A model generated the notes under the pieces. That model saw nothing but the letters and a program-made list of their open reading frames with translations. It searched no databases and was not told the origin of the DNA. Positions 1 to 10,065 of a stretch of DNA of 53,998 nt are shown piece after piece. Numbering within the stretch: position 1 is the first letter of the stretch; each line of letters starts with the position of its first letter. The translations under genes were made by a program, and so were the position numbers. The stretch comes from an uncultured Methylomarinum sp. (lineage in GTDB: Bacteria; Pseudomonadota; Gammaproteobacteria; Methylococcales; Methylomonadaceae), in contig CAYNRB010000001.1 of NCBI GenBank assembly GCA_964399475.1, forward strand, positions 1 through 53,998, written 5' to 3'.

Positions 1-68
1 TTTTGAATAAACCGGGAGTGGCTGTGCGTTCTCCTGCTGATTTAATTAATAATTTGGGTCTTATTTGA
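1..68 (+). CDS. 3' end of a CDS entering from upstream (last ~21 codons). The tail LNKPGVAVRSPADLINNLGLI* is faintly reminiscent of succinyl-CoA ligase alpha / malate thiokinase small-subunit C-termini.
   Basis: Open frame from position 3 to TGA at 66-68. Resemblance is motif-level only (GV.V..SPA.L) and too short to assign. Confidence 0.2.
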   Translation, partial: LNKPGVAVRSPADLINNLGLI

Positions 69-389
69 TTTTGTTAACTTCAACCTAGAAAAATCATAAA
101 CAATCAATCTTCAATTTTAGTTCGCACGGTTTGTTATTGTGGCTGTTTATTTTGGAGCATTTAGCAACTTGGACTTTCATCTGTGAATTGATTAGAAGGA
201 AAGACAAAATATTCGGCTTGTAGGGCTGAAAAACGATAGTACCTTCCGCCATTACACTGTCAAGTCAATAAATTATCTGAATAATGTCGGATAACCCTAT
301 CGCTCATCCAACCTACCTCTATTCTTATTAAAGCTTGATAAACTGGAAAGAATTTTCCCTCATCTACTCGACGGTTCTAATTGCAAGTT

Positions 390-1589
390 TTAACTAACAA
401 TTTCAATAAAAACTCGTCTGTTCTGAGCTCGACCGATTGGAAAACGATTACTTTTAGCGGGCCTGCTTTCCCCATAAGCTTTGACTTGCACCTTGTTTTT
501 ATGCATCCCTTGGCTAAGCAAAAAACGTTTAATCACATTACCTCTTTCTCTGGATATGGCTAGATTTCTTGCTCTCTTGCCTTTACTGTCAGTATGGCTT
601 TTTATAACTAGAGTGGAATCAGGACGAAATTCATTTGCATACTTGGCTAGAAGTGCAAGCCGTTTTTTTTCTGTCGGGGTTAATTTGGTATTTCCTTTTC
701 GGTAATAAATTGATTTGAGCGCATCGGGACCAAAGATACTTAATTGAACAACATCATTTTCTTTTTTGTTTGTATTCAATCCTTTATTAATAACAATGTT
801 ATTTTTGGGAATCCCCAATGCAATCAATTTTTCAACGATGAGATTGGCTCGCCTTAAAAACCATTTTTTATCTCTATTTCCTGCAATTGCAGTATCGCTT
901 ACGATGACCACGCTTGAATTTTCAATCTCTTCAAGATAGCGAACGGTATTTTCTAATTGTTTCAATACTTCTGAACTAAACTGTTTGCTTGCAGCATTAA
1001 AAAACAGACTTTTTTGCAAAGATTTCTTGAATCTATGCGGTAAAAAGTTGACTCTACAGGTATTGAATTGCTGATAAATTTTTGAAAAATTAATGGATGA
1101 AATAGCTACATTTGTTTCAGTGGATTGACTGTTTGAAGCGTCTGTCAGGTAGGTAAATGTAGGGTAATAGCCATTTGATAATGCATCCAGCATGATTTCA
1201 GCTGTATTGCCGAAAACACTCAGCCGAGGATAATTCTGAATCTCCAAATTAAGTTCAAGGGTGACAAAATAATCTTTTTGTGGAATCGACTGATGATTCC
1301 AAGGAGCAGAATTGATACTCAAACTGGCACGCTTAGGTTTTACTTTAAAGCGGTTTTCTTTAATTGAAAAGCGTAATAATTCACCGGATTTATGTACAAA
1401 GAAAGCGATGCCGTATGCAGGAATTTCATGTCTGATTTGACAAAAATTTTTGCCACTATTGATATTCCAGTCAGCACTGAGTAGAGGTGCGGAAAAATTC
1501 TCAGCACTAGTGGAAAAACTGGCAAGAAAACAAATTATTCCCAGAGTTTTACTATAAGTAAGATTAATTTGAACATTATGTTTGGTCAT
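390..1589 (-). CDS. MotY-like flagellar stator-associated / OmpA-family peptidoglycan-binding protein
   Basis: 399-aa ORF with an N-terminal hydrophobic signal-like segment. MotY_N-like block: ADWNINSGKNFCQIRHEIPAYGIAFFVHKSGE...SINSAPW. C-terminal OmpA_C motif: SHTDSKG..NLAISRERGNVIKRFL..GESRP..NRRVFIEIV. Lies at the end of a flagellar gene run. Confidence 0.6.
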   Translation of the reverse strand: MTKHNVQINLTYSKTLGIICFLASFSTSAENFSAPLLSADWNINSGKNFCQIRHEIPAYGIAFFVHKSGELLRFSIKENRFKVKPKRASLSINSAPWNHQSIPQKDYFVTLELNLEIQNYPRLSVFGNTAEIMLDALSNGYYPTFTYLTDASNSQSTETNVAISSINFSKIYQQFNTCRVNFLPHRFKKSLQKSLFFNAASKQFSSEVLKQLENTVRYLEEIENSSVVIVSDTAIAGNRDKKWFLRRANLIVEKLIALGIPKNNIVINKGLNTNKKENDVVQLSIFGPDALKSIYYRKGNTKLTPTEKKRLALLAKYANEFRPDSTLVIKSHTDSKGKRARNLAISRERGNVIKRFLLSQGMHKNKVQVKAYGESRPAKSNRFPIGRAQNRRVFIEIVS

Positions 1590-1620
1590 ATTTCATATAG
1601 CGACAAAATTTAGCTATTTT

Positions 1621-2391
1621 TTAATTTTTCTTCAAAATATCGACTACGGTGGAATAAAAAACATCGGCTTTATCGACATGTAACCAATGACTGGCACCGT
1701 CTAATACAGAAATTTCTGCCTGCGGAAAATGTGCGTAAACTGTGGGTCTATTTAAATAATTTGAATTTCCAGCCATGATAAAACTAGCGGCATTTTCATA
1801 GGGTGAGATTGAACCCAGTAAAGGAAAGCCAACAATGTTATTTGCATTTTTATAAAAAAACTCTACATTAATACGCCAGCTGAACTTCCCTTCAATCAGC
1901 TGTAGATTCTGTAGTAAAAATTGCCGATAGGCTAATTCGGGAATTTCGGAAGATAAATGCATATCCGCCTGTTTCCGGTTTGCTAGTTGTTCCAAGGGAA
2001 GCTGCTTTAATGCCTGTATAGTCTGGTCAAAATTGTGTTGATAACTAACAGGTGAAATATCGGCAATGATCAGTTGATTTATTCTCTGAGGATGATTTAA
2101 GGCGAACCACATAGCGATTTTACCGCCCATGCTATGTCCTAATACATGTGCTACGGGTATATTTTGCTGATCCAGAAAATTCTCTAAATCATCTGCCATG
2201 ACCTGATAATCCATATCGGGGCTGTGCGGTGAAGCCCCATGGTTTCGAATATCTAATACAAATACATGCCATTGAGTAGAGAGTCGTTTTGCTATTTGTC
2301 TCCAATTACGAGAGGATGCAAAAAAACCATGTAATAGTATTAAAGGGGGTTTGTCAGATTTATTGCCATATTCTTCATAGGATAATTTCAT
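1621..2391 (-). CDS. alpha/beta-fold hydrolase (YbfF-like esterase)
   Basis: 256 aa. Has the LLHGFF oxyanion motif, a GHSMGG nucleophile elbow and a C-terminal GASHWLH catalytic His region. Confidence 0.7.
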   Translation of the reverse strand: MKLSYEEYGNKSDKPPLILLHGFFASSRNWRQIAKRLSTQWHVFVLDIRNHGASPHSPDMDYQVMADDLENFLDQQNIPVAHVLGHSMGGKIAMWFALNHPQRINQLIIADISPVSYQHNFDQTIQALKQLPLEQLANRKQADMHLSSEIPELAYRQFLLQNLQLIEGKFSWRINVEFFYKNANNIVGFPLLGSISPYENAASFIMAGNSNYLNRPTVYAHFPQAEISVLDGASHWLHVDKADVFYSTVVDILKKN

Positions 2392-2408
2392 GCTTAAATA
2401 GTGTCAAT

Positions 2409-3131
2409 CTAAAGAAAACTGAAACCAGCACCAATCAGTCCGCCAAACACTCCACCCCAGACAACTAACCAACCTAAATGCTGACTAATGATTTCTTGAA
2501 CCATTTCTTTCACCAGCTGAGGTGTTAATTCATCAAGTCGTTTATCAATAACCGTTTCAATTTTTCCAATGATGTCTTCGCTAATTTTATGCGCATCTAA
2601 GCCTTGTTCCAGAGCCGCTTGAAACCGATCCGACTCAACCATTTCAGACAAAATTAATTTCATTTTTTCAATAAAGGGTTCTCTTAAAGGGACAAGCGCT
2701 TCTTCGCCGCCCATCATTTGCAACATGGCACCAAATGAAGATTCCATGATTGAAGAAACCAGTCCTTCATAGACTTTATCGTAATCAACAGCCGCCAGTA
2801 AAGGATCTAGATTTAGCAATTTGCTACCTTGTTGCTCTTCTTTATGAATAAATAGTTCTACGTTTTTTGCAGTAAAAAACTGATTCATCATCAGGTTTTT
2901 AATTGAGGTTTTAAACTCTTCAAATCGATTGGGAATAACCCCAGAACCATAAAGTAAGGGGATTTTCTCAAACAACATGTGGATAGCCAACCAATTAGTC
3001 ATTGCCCCTGATAAGGCAAAAAAACCAATAGATTTCATTAATTCTGATTGAATGGGACATAAATAGCCAATGCCGATAATTAAAAGTGCTATCAGGTTAG
3101 TTAAAAAACTTTTGTTTAATATTTTCTTCAT
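2409..3131 (-). CDS. DUF445-like inner-membrane protein
   Basis: 240 aa. N-terminal TM segments, the WLAIHMLFEKIPLLYGSGVIPNR motif typical of DUF445, and a C-terminal Gly-rich TM (WLVVWGGVFGGLIGAGF). Confidence 0.5.
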   Translation of the reverse strand: MKKILNKSFLTNLIALLIIGIGYLCPIQSELMKSIGFFALSGAMTNWLAIHMLFEKIPLLYGSGVIPNRFEEFKTSIKNLMMNQFFTAKNVELFIHKEEQQGSKLLNLDPLLAAVDYDKVYEGLVSSIMESSFGAMLQMMGGEEALVPLREPFIEKMKLILSEMVESDRFQAALEQGLDAHKISEDIIGKIETVIDKRLDELTPQLVKEMVQEIISQHLGWLVVWGGVFGGLIGAGFSFL

Positions 3132-3337
3132 GTTGCTACAGCAATATCCTTCTTCATTAATAATCTATGCGGTATATGATAACAATTTATTAGTTTTGAT
3201 TATTGTTATAGTTCACCATTGCGACAGTGCGAAGTCTATACTACTTCGACTCTATAAAGAAAGATTAGCTGTTTATAGTGTTTTGATTTTGAAAGCCAAG
3301 CACATTGTTTCAGCAACAACATAATTAATGAGAGGCT

Positions 3338-4639
3338 TTAAAGAAAGTTAAAAAGAGATAAATTTTGTACTCTTGAAAATGATTGCTGTGCGGCTTGAAG
3401 TACAATATTTTGCAAATTAAAACGCGAAATAGCTTCTGTATAATCTAGATCTTGAATTTCGGATAGCGTTGTTTGCAGATTGAAAATAAAGGTTTCATGC
3501 TGTTCTTCTTGATTATCAATTGTTCTTAATCTTGAACCCACAGCTGATCTTGCTTGAAGAAATGATTCTAATGCATTATCCAAATCGGTTAAAATTTCAT
3601 CACTGATTGTATTAAATAACTGACCAGGCTGGGTAATAGGAGGCAGCAGATTAATACCATTACCTGTATCTCCCGCATTAAAACCCGTTTCTGTAGCAAA
3701 ATTAGCACTAATTGCAGTGAGGGAAATGCTTGAAACGGCACCTTGGGTTGTAGAAATAAATTCTAAAAATTGTCCATTGCTTTGCGCTTTAATACCCGCA
3801 CCATTGAGTGCGACATCTGAATTAAAAACATTGACGAGATCATCTATCGTATTATAGGTTCCTGCTAAATTAATAGTGATGGGAGCTGCTGCAAGATCAT
3901 TATTTAAAGTAACCGTTGTACCAGCAACCAAGGTAAGCGGTGTATTGACTGCTTGTTTCCCTTGTATTACTGCATTTGGATCGGAAAAGCTTCCGGTTAA
4001 GGCGTTAGATAATGCCTTGAGAGTATTAAAAATACTCCGGGTATTATTCTTAAGGCTGGCATCTTGACTGACAGAGGTAATGTTTTCAAAAACGCTAGAA
4101 CCTGGATCTCCGTCTGCTATACGTCGACTTTCATTAACCTGAATGGTTCGCTGATTATCAGTTCCCTGGTAATCGTATGCATTTAATACTGTATCCCATA
4201 CAAAAGGTTTAGTATCCGTTAAATAGCCCGAGAAAATATATTCGCCATTCGCATTTTTGGTATTAGCTATACTCAGCAAATTGTCCAGTAATTGATCAAC
4301 TTCAGACTTTATTGATAATCTGTCGTTCGACGTTAATGTTCCATTAGCCGCTTGAATTGTTAATTCTTTGGCACGAAAAAGAACATTTTCTGCACTCTGT
4401 AGCGAAGATTCTTCCAGAACATTTCGCTCTCGAACGGTATCAATATTTCGCTGAAATTGATTGAGCTGGTCTATTTCTACATTAAATTCTAAAATTTTTG
4501 CTGCGGCAATCGGGTCATCTGAAGGTTTTAATTGTTTTAAACCCGTGGATAATTGTTGCTGCGTTTTAGCCAGCTTTACCTGTTGCTCTAGTAAAGCATT
4601 AACGTTTGAAAGTTGACTGTAAGCTGTAGAAATTCTCAT
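3338..4639 (-). CDS. flgL: flagellar hook-filament junction protein FlgL (HAP3)
   Basis: 433 aa. N-terminus MRISTAYSQ...LSTGLKQLKPSDDPIAAAKILEF and ...NGEYIFSGY match the FlgL/flagellin-N signature. Has the conserved C-terminal helical segment. Confidence 0.85.
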   Translation of the reverse strand: MRISTAYSQLSNVNALLEQQVKLAKTQQQLSTGLKQLKPSDDPIAAAKILEFNVEIDQLNQFQRNIDTVRERNVLEESSLQSAENVLFRAKELTIQAANGTLTSNDRLSIKSEVDQLLDNLLSIANTKNANGEYIFSGYLTDTKPFVWDTVLNAYDYQGTDNQRTIQVNESRRIADGDPGSSVFENITSVSQDASLKNNTRSIFNTLKALSNALTGSFSDPNAVIQGKQAVNTPLTLVAGTTVTLNNDLAAAPITINLAGTYNTIDDLVNVFNSDVALNGAGIKAQSNGQFLEFISTTQGAVSSISLTAISANFATETGFNAGDTGNGINLLPPITQPGQLFNTISDEILTDLDNALESFLQARSAVGSRLRTIDNQEEQHETFIFNLQTTLSEIQDLDYTEAISRFNLQNIVLQAAQQSFSRVQNLSLFNFL

Positions 4640-4697
4640 ATAACTGCTCTTTTAATTGATTAAGAAACTCTTTTCAAAATCAAATAATTTGATTAAT

Positions 4698-7265
4698 TTA
4701 GCCTTGTAACAAAGATAAAACACCTTGTGGAATCTGATTAGCTTGAGCTAGAATCGCGGTACCTGCCTGTTGTAAAATTTGATTTCTGGTTAATTCTGCT
4801 GTCTCTAAAGCAAAGTCAGTATCCCTAATTCTGGATCGTGCGGCACTTAGGTTTTCTATAGTGACTGAAAGATTGCCGATAGTTGACTGCACACGATTCT
4901 GTATCGCACCTAAATCTGCTCTGTTACTGTCAATTTGACCCAGGGCGCCATCCGCAATTTTGATCGCTTGATTAGAACCTTCAACGGTAGAAATATCTAT
5001 ACTATCAACGGCTATTAAAGCACTAGAACTAAGAATGCTAGCGCCTGCCGAAAATATACTGCCATTAATACCGGCAACGTCAGAGCTGACACTAAATGAC
5101 AGATTAGTGGAACTGAATTCAATTTCTCCGCCGATTACGGTTGAATCGGTACTCTGAGCCGTTAACAAAACAGTCGCCCCCTTTTTGCCGACAACATTTA
5201 TCGTCGAATTAGGCCCCGCCGAATTATTGAAATTTAGGATTTCAATATTTTCACCGGTATTATTACTCATAGTAATCACATCATTATTAATCCCTACAAT
5301 AGCAACAACTCCAGTTTTACTGGTTTGATCATTAATTGCATCAGCTAGCGCAATATAATCTGTTGTTGTCACTCGTCCACTGATTTTAATGCCGTTTAAT
5401 TCTATTGAAACCACACCATTTGCACTGATATTACTTAATGTTGCGGTAGTGAAAGCAGTCGCATCGACCCCAGTATTTTTAGCAAGTGCATTAACTTTAG
5501 CAATAATTGATTTTGCTGATTCATCATTGAGCACACTGATGACTTCTGTACCGGTACCTATAATTGTAATATTTTGAGCGGCAACGTTGTTACCCTGATC
5601 CGTATCATTTAAACCGTTGGTTCCAATCGTGTTCAAGGCGTTTGCGTTTGCGGCAGCATTGAGAAAACTATTGGCTCCGGATGCAACTGTAGATTGGATT
5701 GAAAAATTATTATTGGCAAATGTTATTCCCAAGCTTCCAGACTGGACTGCGGAATGAGCCGCATCCTCTGTTACCGTTTGTGCTGCAAAAGTCATTACTG
5801 ATGCGGCATCGGCAGAAGTAAAAGCTGTTAATAGCGTTCCTCCTTCAGCAATAGTGTATGGTCCGGTTGCTGTTCCTGCATGAGTGGTTGTTGCTGTAAA
5901 CCCTCCATTACTAACGCCTCCTGAGTTATCACCGGAAATACTAGCTAGATTGATGGCGCTGTTATCAATTGCGGTAATTTCCACACCCGTTCCGGCTGAG
6001 TCTAATATAGCCGTGAAAGTAGAACCAAAATTTGCATCGCCCTGTAAAGCAGTTAAAAGATTTTGAGCCGTGCCAGCTTGATTCCCTGCGTTATTTAAAA
6101 AACTAACCGTGCTATTCAATGCACTACCAAAAGTCAGTGTATTCGTTTCAGAAGCAACAGAGTTGGAAAAAGTATCGATGGTATAAGAGATATTATCTAT
6201 TGATTCATAATTGGCTATACCTATATTGGCTCCAGATGCACTATCAATGGTATTGCTTGAGGTATTGTAAGTTAAGTCTGCATTTCCCTTTAGCGTGTTA
6301 AGATCCAAAACAGCTTGAGAGACAGCGGTATCAAAGTCACTTGTAAAAGTAGCAGAATCATAAGTAATATCTACTGTAATTTTAGTCACTGAATCTAGGC
6401 CTGAATGCAAATCAAATTTAACCTGATCACCATTCTGAAGATTAGTAAAAAGTCCAGGATCACCAAAAGCAGCACTATTTGTTGCCGTGACCGCTACACC
6501 ATCTATTGCATTCAACTGACTGGCTATTACAGCTATATCTTGGGTTCCATTAGCAATGACTATAGGGGTGATGCTACCTAGATCATTAGTAACCGTTAAG
6601 GTTTGGTCATATGCATTTAGATTGCTTGATATGGCATTTGCATAGGAAGTACCGCTTCCTGCTATATTCAAATTTGAGGTTGCTATATCAACATCAAACC
6701 CACGAGTCGCATTAGAAATGCCCAAGGTTACATTGTCTGTAGTAAAGCTTTCTATGCCTAACCTATCTGTTGTGGCACTGGTAATGGAAATGTCAACAAA
6801 TTGACCCGCTTCTGCACCCACATGAAATCGTTGAGCAGTAAAAGAACCATCTAATATTTTTAGCCCATTAAAGTTGGCTGTATTTGAGATTCTGTCCAAC
6901 TCCGAAACTAATTGATTAACCTCTGCTTGTAGACTTAAACGGTCAGAAGCTGTATTAGTGGCATTCGCTGATTGCACGGCAAGTTCACGAATTCGTTGGA
7001 GGATATTGGTGCTTTCTGATAAAGCGCCTTCAGCTGTTTGAGCTAGAGAGATGCCATCGTTGGCATTTCGGGCTGCTTGTGTAGAACCCCGAATTTGAGC
7101 GGTCATTCTGTTCGATATTGCCAACCCTGCCGCATCATCTTTAGCACTATTTATCCGTAAACCTGACGATAAACGTTGTAAAGAGATTGCTAAGTCATCT
7201 TGAGAGCGATTTAAATTTCGTTGAGCATTAAGGGAAGGAATATTAGTATTTATAACTTGAGGCAT
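4698..7265 (-). CDS. fliC: flagellin, large (about 855 aa from the ATG at 7265)
   Basis: Conserved D0/D1 termini: [41 protein letters not shown] and C-terminal [39 protein letters not shown]. The track ORF starts at GTG 7274, but GGAG at 7277-7274 followed by ATG 7265 fits an RBS plus start better. The central ~600 aa is a Thr/Ser/Ala/Asn-rich variable domain. Confidence 0.93.
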   Translation of the reverse strand: MPQVINTNIPSLNAQRNLNRSQDDLAISLQRLSSGLRINSAKDDAAGLAISNRMTAQIRGSTQAARNANDGISLAQTAEGALSESTNILQRIRELAVQSANATNTASDRLSLQAEVNQLVSELDRISNTANFNGLKILDGSFTAQRFHVGAEAGQFVDISITSATTDRLGIESFTTDNVTLGISNATRGFDVDIATSNLNIAGSGTSYANAISSNLNAYDQTLTVTNDLGSITPIVIANGTQDIAVIASQLNAIDGVAVTATNSAAFGDPGLFTNLQNGDQVKFDLHSGLDSVTKITVDITYDSATFTSDFDTAVSQAVLDLNTLKGNADLTYNTSSNTIDSASGANIGIANYESIDNISYTIDTFSNSVASETNTLTFGSALNSTVSFLNNAGNQAGTAQNLLTALQGDANFGSTFTAILDSAGTGVEITAIDNSAINLASISGDNSGGVSNGGFTATTTHAGTATGPYTIAEGGTLLTAFTSADAASVMTFAAQTVTEDAAHSAVQSGSLGITFANNNFSIQSTVASGANSFLNAAANANALNTIGTNGLNDTDQGNNVAAQNITIIGTGTEVISVLNDESAKSIIAKVNALAKNTGVDATAFTTATLSNISANGVVSIELNGIKISGRVTTTDYIALADAINDQTSKTGVVAIVGINNDVITMSNNTGENIEILNFNNSAGPNSTINVVGKKGATVLLTAQSTDSTVIGGEIEFSSTNLSFSVSSDVAGINGSIFSAGASILSSSALIAVDSIDISTVEGSNQAIKIADGALGQIDSNRADLGAIQNRVQSTIGNLSVTIENLSAARSRIRDTDFALETAELTRNQILQQAGTAILAQANQIPQGVLSLLQG

Positions 7266-7302
7266 GACAATCACTCCATATTTTTTAGTTTACCAAACAT
7301 GA

Positions 7303-7318
7303 AGCTTTTTTAATGCCA
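7303..7318 (-). promoter_or_regulatory. possible sigma-54 (-24/-12) promoter of the 858-aa flagellin gene
   Basis: The minus strand reads TGGCATtaaaaaAGCt, with GG and GC at the canonical 12-nt offset, about 45 nt upstream of the ATG. The -12 element is weak (AAGC versus TTGC). No sigma-28 match was found upstream of this gene. Confidence 0.25.
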
Positions 7319-7581
7319 AATAATTATTGTTACTTATATTTCAATTATATAAACTAATTATTTAGACAGTGACGTTTTTTTGATGGCAATATTTTTCCTT
7401 TTCGATAAAACCAGTGGCGTGTGTGCAGATTATAAAAGAGCTACACAATGATTTTTAAGTAAGAGAATATATATAGTATGAAGTAGCGTGCAAAAGGGGA
7501 TTATAGATTAGGAACGGAGTATAAATCACTTAGACATTCGAGTACTCCAACAATTCAGGTTTGATGAGTCGATGCTAATGG

Positions 7582-7606
7582 AGAGCGAACTTCAGTCCGC
7601 TCTACA
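7582..7606. repeat. short REP-like hairpin (AGAGCGAACTTCAGTCCGCTCTAC)
   Basis: Member of a 4-copy family in this window (see 18961, 19361, 30215). Stem AGCGrAC/GTCCGCT with loop TTCA. Confidence 0.7.
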
Positions 7607-7722
7607 ACATTCGTCAAACCAAAGTTAATTGGATATACCCTAATACTGCTTACTTAACGATTAAGGTATGAACAAACAATGGCTTAGAATGTAGGTTGGG
7701 TTAGCTTATCAAGCGAAGCGCG

Positions 7723-7775
7723 ATAACGTAACCCAACACCCTCCCATTAATCAATGTGTTGTTGGGTTACGTTAT
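7723..7775. repeat. perfect 16-bp inverted repeat with a 21-nt spacer
   Basis: ATAACGTAACCCAACA at 7723-7738 and TGTTGGGTTACGTTAT at 7760-7775, in the fliD-flagellin intergenic region. Confidence 0.8.
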
Positions 7776-7833
7776 TAAGATATTGTTTATTAAGTTATAA
7801 TTTTTTAAGTAAGCAGTATTGGGGTATACCCGA

Positions 7834-9861
7834 TCATCTATCTTGTCTAACAAACCCAGGTAAATTAGCCAATTGCTGTTCAAGGAAATTACCTGTTGAC
7901 TGTAATCTTGCCACTATAATATCTAAATTATTAAACTGTCTAAATAAACGGCTTTCCAGATTTTCCAGTCTATTATCTAAGGCTGATCGTTGCTCGTTCA
8001 GACGATCAATACGTGTATTTAATCCACTGGTGCGAGAATCAATTAAGCTATCTGCATTCAAAAACTGGCTGATTAAGTTATCTAACTGATCAGCTATTCC
8101 TCGATTAAAAAACAAAGTGCCTCTATTGCCTACAGATCCACCTGTAATTTCCAATACCACTCCCTCTGTGTCTCCCCTACCTGTGAGCAGGTTACCAAGT
8201 CCTATTGCAGATTGCCCTCCTATTGTTCCCCTAACGTCTGTACCTGAGGTTCCTTTACCCAGCGTTAGACCTAAATCATTGCTACCCTCAATGGCTGTAA
8301 TTTCAACGCTAGACTTAGCACTAAATAAAGCGGAAGAAATTTGCAGTTTACCTCCTGAAAAACTGACTAGCACACTGCTGCCATTGGTTTTTAAAGAATC
8401 ACTGGAATTAATTCTTGCCTGAATTTCTGTGGCAAGTTCTGCGCCGGAGTTATATATTTTTTGGGTAAGATCAATATTCCCCGTTCCAATACCGTCAATC
8501 AGTAAACTGAAGCTGTTATTGGTATCATCTATTGTTAAGGGGGAATTTGCCAGATCTGATAATGCAGCCGATGCAGTACCTGTCAAAACCCCACGACTGG
8601 CAATATTCTCCAGATTTATTGAGTAAGTTCCTGTCTGCGTGTTGGCACTTGATGTGATTACATTGATCTGCGCATCAGTTGTTGAACCTTTGGCGCTAAA
8701 TATTTGCGCAACAGCGTCACGGTTATCAGTAATTGCCGCTTGTAATTTATTACTGTCTAAAGAAAGTTTTCCGTTTCGATCTGTGGTTATCCCAATCGTT
8801 GATAATGAAGTAACCTCTCCATCTGGACCAGTTGACTGACTAGTAATAAGTCTGCGCAATTGTGACTCAACACCTCGTGCCGCAGAGTCACCAAGTAAAG
8901 GGCCTGCCTGCTCAGTCGAGGAATCAAAATCACTCAGTTGTGAAATTGTGTCAATCAGTTCATTAAACTTTGTAGTAAATTCAACGATTGAATCGGTAAT
9001 TTGGCTATCATTATTAGCGATAGTTATATTGACTGGTGAGCCGGGTGTTGTAATACCTTTTAAGGTAAAAGTGATTCCAGAAATAGCAGAGCTAACTGTA
9101 TTGCTAGAACTAGTAATGTTTAATCCATTTAAACTGAAAGCCGCATCTTCTGCCGTGAGGTTTTCAGTGAGTTGGTTGCTTACAGAAGCTGGGTCAAAAG
9201 CGAGCTGGGATAAACCACTAGCATCAAAATTATCGGCATCTGAGGTATCAGCAACAGAAATTTTAAGGCCATTTTCTTTGCCTGTTTCATCAGAGGTGAA
9301 TAATAATTTAAAACCAGAACCATCATTAACCAGACTGGCTGTTACGCCAATATCCGCTTGGTTAACCGCATCTCTAATACCTTGCAGACTATTGTCATCA
9401 CTACTGATAGTAACGATTTGATTGGTTTTTTCGCTATTACCAATAAAACTATTGCCATCAAAATCTCCAAACTCGAAAGTTAAAGTACCTGTTCCTACTG
9501 GGGATGAGGTTTCGGAAAAACTTTTCGAACTAAGCGATTGCGCTTGGGCAAGTGTTGTTATTTCCAAGGCATAATTGCCTGGATTGGCAATACTGGTACC
9601 GCTAGCAGTAACAAGATCTTCGTCAGATGTACTACTAACTACATCATTGAAGGTAGTAGCAAATTTTAATTGCGACAAGGATCCCTGAAAAGAGGATAAG
9701 GCTGATTTTAAAGAACCATAAGCTGAAAGCTTCGCTTGTAAAACAGCTTCTTGATTATCATAGCGTCTTTCTGTCGGCACACGCTCAGCAGAAATCAAAC
9801 TATCCACTAGCCCAGAAATATCAATACCAGAACCAATGCCAGAGGATGAAATAGTGGCCAT
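7834..9861 (-). CDS. fliD: flagellar filament capping protein FliD (HAP2)
   Basis: 675 aa. N-terminus MATISSSGIGSGIDISGLVDSLISAERVP...LQAKLSAYGSLKSALSSFQ and a C-terminal coiled segment (RIDRLNEQRSALDNRLENLESRLFRQFNNLD) are typical of FliD. Confidence 0.9.
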   Translation of the reverse strand: MATISSSGIGSGIDISGLVDSLISAERVPTERRYDNQEAVLQAKLSAYGSLKSALSSFQGSLSQLKFATTFNDVVSSTSDEDLVTASGTSIANPGNYALEITTLAQAQSLSSKSFSETSSPVGTGTLTFEFGDFDGNSFIGNSEKTNQIVTISSDDNSLQGIRDAVNQADIGVTASLVNDGSGFKLLFTSDETGKENGLKISVADTSDADNFDASGLSQLAFDPASVSNQLTENLTAEDAAFSLNGLNITSSSNTVSSAISGITFTLKGITTPGSPVNITIANNDSQITDSIVEFTTKFNELIDTISQLSDFDSSTEQAGPLLGDSAARGVESQLRRLITSQSTGPDGEVTSLSTIGITTDRNGKLSLDSNKLQAAITDNRDAVAQIFSAKGSTTDAQINVITSSANTQTGTYSINLENIASRGVLTGTASAALSDLANSPLTIDDTNNSFSLLIDGIGTGNIDLTQKIYNSGAELATEIQARINSSDSLKTNGSSVLVSFSGGKLQISSALFSAKSSVEITAIEGSNDLGLTLGKGTSGTDVRGTIGGQSAIGLGNLLTGRGDTEGVVLEITGGSVGNRGTLFFNRGIADQLDNLISQFLNADSLIDSRTSGLNTRIDRLNEQRSALDNRLENLESRLFRQFNNLDIIVARLQSTGNFLEQQLANLPGFVRQDR

Positions 9862-9998
9862 AATGTTTACCTCATATAAGATAGTGTCTTGCTTTAGCTG
9901 TCAATACTGTGCAAAAAAGTCCGCGAAATGAATTTTTTAAGAAAAATCAGTTTTACTTGCAAGCATCCGATTAAATATTAAATTTTACAAACACAAAT

Positions 9999-10014
9999 AG
10001 CGGCCTTTGCCGCT
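9999..10014 (-). terminator. candidate intrinsic (bidirectional-type) terminator after flaG
   Basis: AGCGGC-cttt-GCCGCT hairpin. On the minus strand it is followed by AUUUGUGUUUGU, and on the plus strand by a T7 run. Confidence 0.45.
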
Positions 10015-10065
10015 TCACTTTTTTTAAGATATTCTAGCAATATCTATGCCGTCATATTTATGGCA

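Noticed and set aside
7401-7408. Plus-strand TTCGATAA resembling a sigma-28 -10 box upstream of the 858-aa flagellin gene.
   Set aside because: The orientation is wrong for the minus-strand flagellin gene. There is no TAAAG-type -35 element at the 11-nt spacing, and no plus-strand gene lies downstream.
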